A DNA stretch of 13,817 bases from an uncultured bacterium (GTDB taxonomy: Bacteria; SAR324; NAC60-12), in contig CAXGMD010000082.1 in assembly GCA_964010765.1 (NCBI GenBank), positions 1-13,817 of the forward strand, given 5' to 3'. Each line of letters starts with the position of its first letter. Position 1 is the stretch's first letter. Positions 9,156 through 13,817 of the stretch are shown piece by piece. Made by a program: the position numbers and the translations under genes. The notes beneath the pieces are model-generated. The model did no database searches, was not told the origin of the DNA, and saw only the letters and a list, made by a program, of their open reading frames with translations.

Positions 9156-10151
9156 TTACTTGCAAGAGTAGGAGACGTTGTTGGCCTTGTCGATCGTGCG
9201 GATCACAGCCCAGTGCTCCTGGTAGGTGATTGGCAAAAACTGCCCTTCGTTAGACTTCTCGAACTCTACTTTCAGGCTCGTTGGTGTGCCGTCTGGCTTA
9301 TCCCACTCAAAGCTGGAGAAGGCTTCCTGAACTTTCTTTGCCACGTCAGGATGCAGGTTGTGAACATAGCCAAATCCAGTCGTGGGGAAAGTCTGTGACT
9401 TATAGATCGTGATCACATCGTCAGCCTTGATCACATTTCGTGAGATCATTCTTGATTTTACCGAGTTGGCGATAGAAGCTGCGTCATAATCCTTGTTGGC
9501 CACTCCAAGGATCGAGTTGTCGTGCTTACCAGAGAAGGTTGGCTCAAAGTCTCGCTCGGGCAGCATATCAAACTCGGCTTTCAGGATCGCAGAGGGTGCC
9601 TTGAATCCGGAGTTGGAGGTTGGAGAGGTGAACGCCAGATTTCTTCCCTTGATGTCTTCTACCTTGTTGATACCACTACCCGGGTAGGTGATGATCTCCA
9701 TCTCGTAACCGAAGTTGCCATCGAGGCTGGCCATGATTGTGAAGGGTACAAAGCCGGCACAGTTGACAGCCAGTGGGTTTGAACCGGTATTGAAGCCTGC
9801 TACATGTATACGGCCCGATCGCATAGCTTCGATTTGAGCAGCATTGGACTGAATGATAAAATACCGAATCTTTTTACCCGTTACCTTTTCCATGTGTGTA
9901 ATGAAATCTGCCCAGGCAGTCTTGTAGACAGCTGGATCTTCAACAGGCGTGTAAACAAAATTTAATGTGTCTGGGTTGACCCATTCACTGGGATCGGTGG
10001 GAGCATCAGCCACCAGATCGCCGTCACGGTCACAGAAGCGGCTATCTAGAGTCCCTCGTGGGCAATCCTGAGCCATTAGGGTTCCGGCAGTCAGTAACGA
10101 GACACCCAAAATACCGGCGAAACGCAGCAAGCTTGTCAATCTCTTGAACAT
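9156..10151 (-). CDS. phnD: PhnD/PtxB-family phosphate/phosphite/phosphonate ABC transporter substrate-binding protein, 331 aa
   Basis: Sec-type signal peptide (MFKRLTSLLRFAGILGVSLLTAGTLMA), IEAMRSGRIH, the anion-binding LAFTSPTSNSGF and GKHDNS. It is the first gene of a phnCEE operon. ATG 10151 follows a GGAGG site and is preferred over 10208. The exact ligand is unknown. Confidence 0.9.
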   Translation of the reverse strand: MFKRLTSLLRFAGILGVSLLTAGTLMAQDCPRGTLDSRFCDRDGDLVADAPTDPSEWVNPDTLNFVYTPVEDPAVYKTAWADFITHMEKVTGKKIRYFIIQSNAAQIEAMRSGRIHVAGFNTGSNPLAVNCAGFVPFTIMASLDGNFGYEMEIITYPGSGINKVEDIKGRNLAFTSPTSNSGFKAPSAILKAEFDMLPERDFEPTFSGKHDNSILGVANKDYDAASIANSVKSRMISRNVIKADDVITIYKSQTFPTTGFGYVHNLHPDVAKKVQEAFSSFEWDKPDGTPTSLKVEFEKSNEGQFLPITYQEHWAVIRTIDKANNVSYSCK

Positions 10152-10155
10152 GTTT

Positions 10156-10160
10156 CCTCC
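10156..10160 (-). promoter_or_regulatory. Shine-Dalgarno site of phnD
   Basis: GGAGG-AAAC-ATG on the minus strand. Confidence 0.75.
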
Positions 10161-10241
10161 ACGGAAGTTCTTTAGGTTTTTTCTACGGCGACCACAACGG
10201 GTGAACATTCCGCTGCTTTACCGAAGACAACAAGACTCAGG

Positions 10242-10270
10242 AAAATGTGATGAATTGAATCACGTTTCAA
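10242..10270. promoter_or_regulatory. Candidate palindromic operator overlapping a possible sigma70 promoter for the phnD operon
   Basis: AAATGTGAT-N7-ATCACGTTT (10243-10267, 8/9 inverted match) lies in the divergent intergenic region. The minus strand reads TTGAAA-N17-CATTTT (good -35, weak -10). Confidence 0.4.
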
Positions 10271-10307
10271 GCTATTCCTCCAAATCCACTCCTCTTGGTG
10301 TCGCTCA

Positions 10308-11135
10308 ATGAAAGAAATTCGCTGGGTCAAACCTCTGTTTCGTTGGCTGTTTCTTCTACTTGGAGCCTTGCTGATGCTTGCCCTTTTTCAGCACAAGCTG
10401 ATCTATCATCCTCGATCCTATCCCACAGGTTATCAGCCATGGAAGACTTCTTCTTTGGAACTCCTCCGCTACCGGACAGCAGAAGGGTCGCAGACGGCAT
10501 ATTATCTCCCTCCTGAGAATAATTCGGTTCAACGGGTCTGGGTCCTGTTTGGTGGGAACGCTGGCTTGGCGTTAGACTGGCTAGGGCTGCTTACCCAAGT
10601 AAATTCAACTGGGATAGGTTTCCTTCTCATTGATTATCCAGGTTACGGAGCTTGTGAGGGAAGTGCCTCCCCTGAGACAATTCGTAGTTCTACTGGGGAA
10701 GCCTTTCAAGCTTGGCAGAGAGAGTTTGGGGTTGAATCACAGCCCAACTGGGCCACTCTGGGCCACTCGTTAGGAGCCGCTGCCGCTATGCAGTTTGCAG
10801 AAGATCATCCGGTAGATCGAATCGTTCTCCTCTCGCCGTTCACGAGTCTGGCGGATATGGTGCGGCATCTCTTTGGAGGTTGGCTGGTGCCGCTGTTGCG
10901 ACACCCTTTTGAAAACCGGAAACCACTGCAGTTGGTGTTGGAACGCAACCCAGTTCCAGCGATTCTGATTGCCCATGGAACTCGTGATGAGGTCGTCCCG
11001 GTTCAGATGGGGCGAGAGCTGGGTTCCTTGAACCAAGAAAAGATCGAATACCTGGAGATTCCTGACACGGGACACAATGATATTCTGAGTAAGCTCTGGC
11101 CGAGGCTACAGCAAGAGTTCTCTGCTGATTTGTGA
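10308..11135 (+). CDS. Membrane-anchored alpha/beta-fold serine hydrolase (ABHD12/13/17-like bacterial family), 275 aa
   Basis: N-terminal hydrophobic anchor then QHKLIYHP, FGGNAG, DYPGYG, nucleophile elbow GHSLG, SPFTSL, HGTRDEVVP (Asp) and GHND (His). The catalytic triad is complete. Confidence 0.9.
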   Translation: MKEIRWVKPLFRWLFLLLGALLMLALFQHKLIYHPRSYPTGYQPWKTSSLELLRYRTAEGSQTAYYLPPENNSVQRVWVLFGGNAGLALDWLGLLTQVNSTGIGFLLIDYPGYGACEGSASPETIRSSTGEAFQAWQREFGVESQPNWATLGHSLGAAAAMQFAEDHPVDRIVLLSPFTSLADMVRHLFGGWLVPLLRHPFENRKPLQLVLERNPVPAILIAHGTRDEVVPVQMGRELGSLNQEKIEYLEIPDTGHNDILSKLWPRLQQEFSADL

Positions 11136-11318
11136 CTGTGTGCTTCGCTTCAGTTTTCAAAATGGATTATTGCCAACGCCCATTTTGGGAGAGAACCGTC
11201 GCAGATGGTGGGTGAGGGATTGGTTTGAATAGAAAAGCAAGGAAATTGAGTAGTTTGAAGTGGCCCCTCATCCACCTTCATCGGACCACTCAGCTGTTGT
11301 GGCCAAACTCACACTTCA

Positions 11319-11554
11319 CTAGAGGCCAGGAATGCTGACAGATGTTGTGCTAGCCGAGTTCAGCTGCAGATATTGACCTGAGCTTGAACTGTTGACCTGG
11401 CTTGCAATGTTGGAGCTACTATCGTTGGTGCCATCTCCCATCAGCCAAATTTTAGCCCCTGCACAACACAGCCCCAATCTTCTACAAAATTACTACTAAG
11501 ATCAAAATCTTCAGCGAATTGAAAATATGGGTTCTCCGCCTTGTAGCCATTCAT
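11319..11554 (-). pseudogene. Orphan, diverged copy of the C-terminal tip of the upstream large protein
   Basis: 11459-11319 translates to GAKIWLMGDGTNDSSSNIASQVNSSSSGQYLQLNSASTTSVSIPGL*. The neighbouring gene ends GTKVWLMGDGTNDSNGNIRNQVSNGSSTQEL..., giving 20 identities in the first 31 residues. Weaker similarity in a shifted frame (MNGYKAENPY vs LNDYKVGNNW) extends to about 11554. Confidence 0.8.
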
Positions 11555-11579
11555 TTGAAGAATTTTGTTCGTATCCTCA

Positions 11580-13817
11580 TCATGGAAACGAAATATTTTG
11601 AATAGCTGGAGCAGGGCTGCCTCCCGAGATCAGTTCTTGTGTAGATGATCCATTACTGACTTGGTTACGAATATTTCCATTAGAGTCATTAGTGCCATCA
11701 CCCATCAGCCAGACCTTGGTACCCTTGGCCCCATTATTGTCATTACCCAATGCAAACCCAGAGAGTTCATTTCCTGATCCTTCCAGATTTGGCTGTCTCC
11801 AGTTATTGCCTACCTTGTAATCATTGAGCCACTTCATCGGGTCGTTGACAATCATCGAGATTTCAGTGGCATCTGGCAGAGTCTGGCTGTTTCGCAGAGT
11901 AGTTACGACTGCGGAGGCAATCTGGCCCTGAAACTCCTTATTATCCTGATATTGAGAACCAACATAGAACCGTCCTCCTATGTTGTTACCAACACTATTA
12001 TTGTAACTCCAGGTACCATTGTCAGTGTTTGCTAGGCCGTAACCAGTAAGCCGAGTAGCTGTTCCGTTATCAAGATTAACCTGCCAAATACGGAAGCGAT
12101 TAAAGTTTTTTACTCTCTCTGAATAGGGGCTATTGCCGTAATTCCTCCTGCCTCCATCATAGTCGACGTACAACCCATACCAGTTGTTGCTAGAGTAAAA
12201 GTTGGCATTCGAGGTCCACTTGTACCAATTGTTGTTGTTGCTTGAGTGATAGTTCTTACCGAAGTAGAAGCGTATTTTGCCATCACGAATGAGATCCAAT
12301 GAGATGCGATAGCCATTCATATCAGTACCAGCAGCCTGGGACCAAAGTGAGCGGTAATTGGTGTCGGGGCTGCCTGTCGGAATAGAACTGGGATTGAATA
12401 CGATACCTACAGCCCAGGGCTGCCCATTTGCCGTCGTACTGCCATTGTTAAGACTGCTGTCTCCTTGTCCGCTCAAGTATAGTGGCAGTTGACCAGCTGC
12501 ACTTGCATTCTGGATTAGGTAGCCGTTACTGCTGGTGAAGTTTACTCCCTTAGTAAAGGAGGTCATCTTAGAAACGGGTGTGTCATTGCTGTAGAGGTTG
12601 CTCACCTCGCTTGCTGTCAGGGCTCGAGAGTAAATTTTGAACTCATCAATGTAGCCTTTCCAGGAGAGTTGATTTTGGCGATTTGTCCCAATCTTGAGCA
12701 TATCCATTGGAGTTGGCTGATTATTGAGCCTTGTCGCCACCAAAGTGCTATTCATGTAGATTTGGGCTGTCCCATTGTCGTGCTTCACAAAAGCACCATG
12801 TCCCCATGAGTTTGTAGGGTACCGAGTATCTGCCAAGGTATGCACTTTTGTAGATGAATTTGTTCCTTGTTGAGATCTCCAACGAAGCTTTCTGTCATTA
12901 CTATCAAGTTGCCAACTGTAGTTGCCTCCGTCGCCGCCACTGCTTGAAGAAATCTTCGAAGACATCATTGCACTAAAATCTGGCATGTCGGGATCGGCAT
13001 AAAACCAAAGGCTGACTGTAAAATTACCACTACTGAAGAGGTTACTTTCGTTATCATCATTCAAACTCGAATTGTAGCCATATTGATTCCCAGCATTGAA
13101 ATACGCTGCTTTGCCCCCAGTACAGCGGCTGTTTGCGTAGGTAATGATGCCACCGTTGGCTACACTCAAATCATATCTTCCATCACCATACTTCCGTACC
13201 TTGTCATTGGCGTTTGAGTCAAAGTCATAGTGAACCAGTAAATCTGCATCGTTGTCTGCATTGCAGGAGGTCGTAGAAAAATTCGAGACTACACCAGCAT
13301 CCCGCATGTTGCTCTGTGCAGAGTCACCGGCAACATTACCTGCTACCATCGTGTAATGATAACGACCAGCAGATAAGCCCGCATGAACATAGCTTGTAGC
13401 CGATCCATCACTGACTGTGAATGTGCCATCGTAAGTTGAACTATTCGCCACATTGATAGAATAATTTACCGTGGAGTCCTGTTTGTAATAGAACTTGTAG
13501 TAGGTTGCCCCTGATAAAGTAGACCAGCTCAATGTGACTTGTTGAGTAGCAGCAACCGCGTTGGTAAGACTCGGTGTTCCACTTGGAGGAACTTCATCGT
13601 CCGTAGTGGTTACGTTTCGGGAACTGGAACTTAGCGAGGCATAACCGGTTGTGTCCGTAGTGGAGCCATTGATTGCAATGGTGACCTGAGAGACAGTGTC
13701 ATTATCATCAAGAGCATCATCAACACCCGTCACAGTAATGTTTTGGGTGTTCATGTAATTGGCGTTGGTGAAAGTCAACTGAGTAGGACTGACACTGATT
13801 TCAGTGGAGTCAGAGAC
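11580..13817 (-). CDS. Large extracellular/surface protein, 3' portion only: Calx-beta-like repeat, fibronectin type III, LamG (ConA-like) and a second lectin-like C-terminal domain
   Basis: The frame stays open to the window edge (VSDSTEISVSPTQLTFTNANY...), so the start lies outside. TFTNANYMNTQNITVTGVDD is a common surface-protein repeat. VTLSW..GATYYKFYY..GLSAG.YHY...GN.AGDS is FN3. LLVHYDFD..FTVSLWF..WKGYIDEFKIYSRALTASEV is LamG. The protein is N/S/T/G rich and ends with tandem TGA TGA. Confidence 0.88.
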   Translation of the reverse strand, partial: VSDSTEISVSPTQLTFTNANYMNTQNITVTGVDDALDDNDTVSQVTIAINGSTTDTTGYASLSSSSRNVTTTDDEVPPSGTPSLTNAVAATQQVTLSWSTLSGATYYKFYYKQDSTVNYSINVANSSTYDGTFTVSDGSATSYVHAGLSAGRYHYTMVAGNVAGDSAQSNMRDAGVVSNFSTTSCNADNDADLLVHYDFDSNANDKVRKYGDGRYDLSVANGGIITYANSRCTGGKAAYFNAGNQYGYNSSLNDDNESNLFSSGNFTVSLWFYADPDMPDFSAMMSSKISSSSGGDGGNYSWQLDSNDRKLRWRSQQGTNSSTKVHTLADTRYPTNSWGHGAFVKHDNGTAQIYMNSTLVATRLNNQPTPMDMLKIGTNRQNQLSWKGYIDEFKIYSRALTASEVSNLYSNDTPVSKMTSFTKGVNFTSSNGYLIQNASAAGQLPLYLSGQGDSSLNNGSTTANGQPWAVGIVFNPSSIPTGSPDTNYRSLWSQAAGTDMNGYRISLDLIRDGKIRFYFGKNYHSSNNNNWYKWTSNANFYSSNNWYGLYVDYDGGRRNYGNSPYSERVKNFNRFRIWQVNLDNGTATRLTGYGLANTDNGTWSYNNSVGNNIGGRFYVGSQYQDNKEFQGQIASAVVTTLRNSQTLPDATEISMIVNDPMKWLNDYKVGNNWRQPNLEGSGNELSGFALGNDNNGAKGTKVWLMGDGTNDSNGNIRNQVSNGSSTQELISGGSPAPAIQNISFP

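Noticed and set aside
6689..10151. Calling the ABC operon a phosphite (ptx), hypophosphite (htx) or C-P lyase system
   Set aside because: No ptxD, htxA or phnG-M gene is in the window, and the binding-protein motifs differ from those subfamilies.
943..10208. Longer ORF-track starts at 943, 2163, 6725, 7507 and 10208
   Set aside because: They overlap upstream genes or add non-homologous residues. The downstream ATGs give stop/start coupling or a clear SD.
11482..11550. Minus-strand mini-ORF MATRRRTHIFNSLKILILVVIL* resembling a signal peptide or small membrane peptide
   Set aside because: It has only 22 codons, no well-placed SD, and overlaps the frame that resembles the neighbouring protein. 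AT-rich DNA readily gives such peptides.
11319..11582. Stop-codon readthrough joining the large gene to the orphan tip, which is in the same frame
   Set aside because: The gene ends TGA TGA and five further in-frame stops lie in the spacer.
11319..11730. Diversity-generating retroelement TR/VR pair as the explanation for the duplicated 3' end
   Set aside because: Differences are not restricted to adenines, are mostly synonymous in the core, overall identity is too low, and no reverse transcriptase is present in the window.
642..12316. The many 60-184 aa alternative-frame and antisense ORFs in the track (e.g. 1209-1763, 7017-7532, 8573-8965, 5849-6055)
   Set aside because: Nearly all lie within well-supported genes and none shows recognisable motifs, so they are treated as shadow ORFs.
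11580..13817. Lower GC of the large gene as proof of horizontal transfer
   Set aside because: It can largely be explained by the Asn/Ser/Thr/Tyr-rich composition, and no mobility genes or att sites are visible.

Overview
A bacterial window (roughly 45-55% GC by eye) containing two tightly packed, converging operons for oxyanion and phosphorus handling. The + strand operon has a 5'-truncated ArsJ-associated GAPDH and arsJ (the 1-arseno-3-phosphoglycerate arsenate-efflux pair), a translationally coupled MobB-MobA fusion and a PiT-family permease. The - strand operon has a PhnD-family binding protein, phnC, phnE, phnE and a DUF47/PhoU-like protein, followed by a SetA-like sugar-efflux MFS gene. 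No C-P lyase or phosphite dehydrogenase gene is in the window. To the right are a divergently transcribed membrane-anchored alpha/beta hydrolase and the 3' part of a large extracellular protein gene (Calx-beta-like repeat, FN3, LamG, second lectin-like domain). Directly behind that gene, and missed by the ORF track, is a diverged orphan copy of its C-terminal tip. I found no RNA genes, CRISPR arrays or transposases. The main leads are the arsenate/phosphate/Mo-cofactor gene assembly, the orphan C-terminal cassette, an atypical PiT motif and a low-GC3 patch inside phnD. Family assignments come from motif recognition only; no searches were run.
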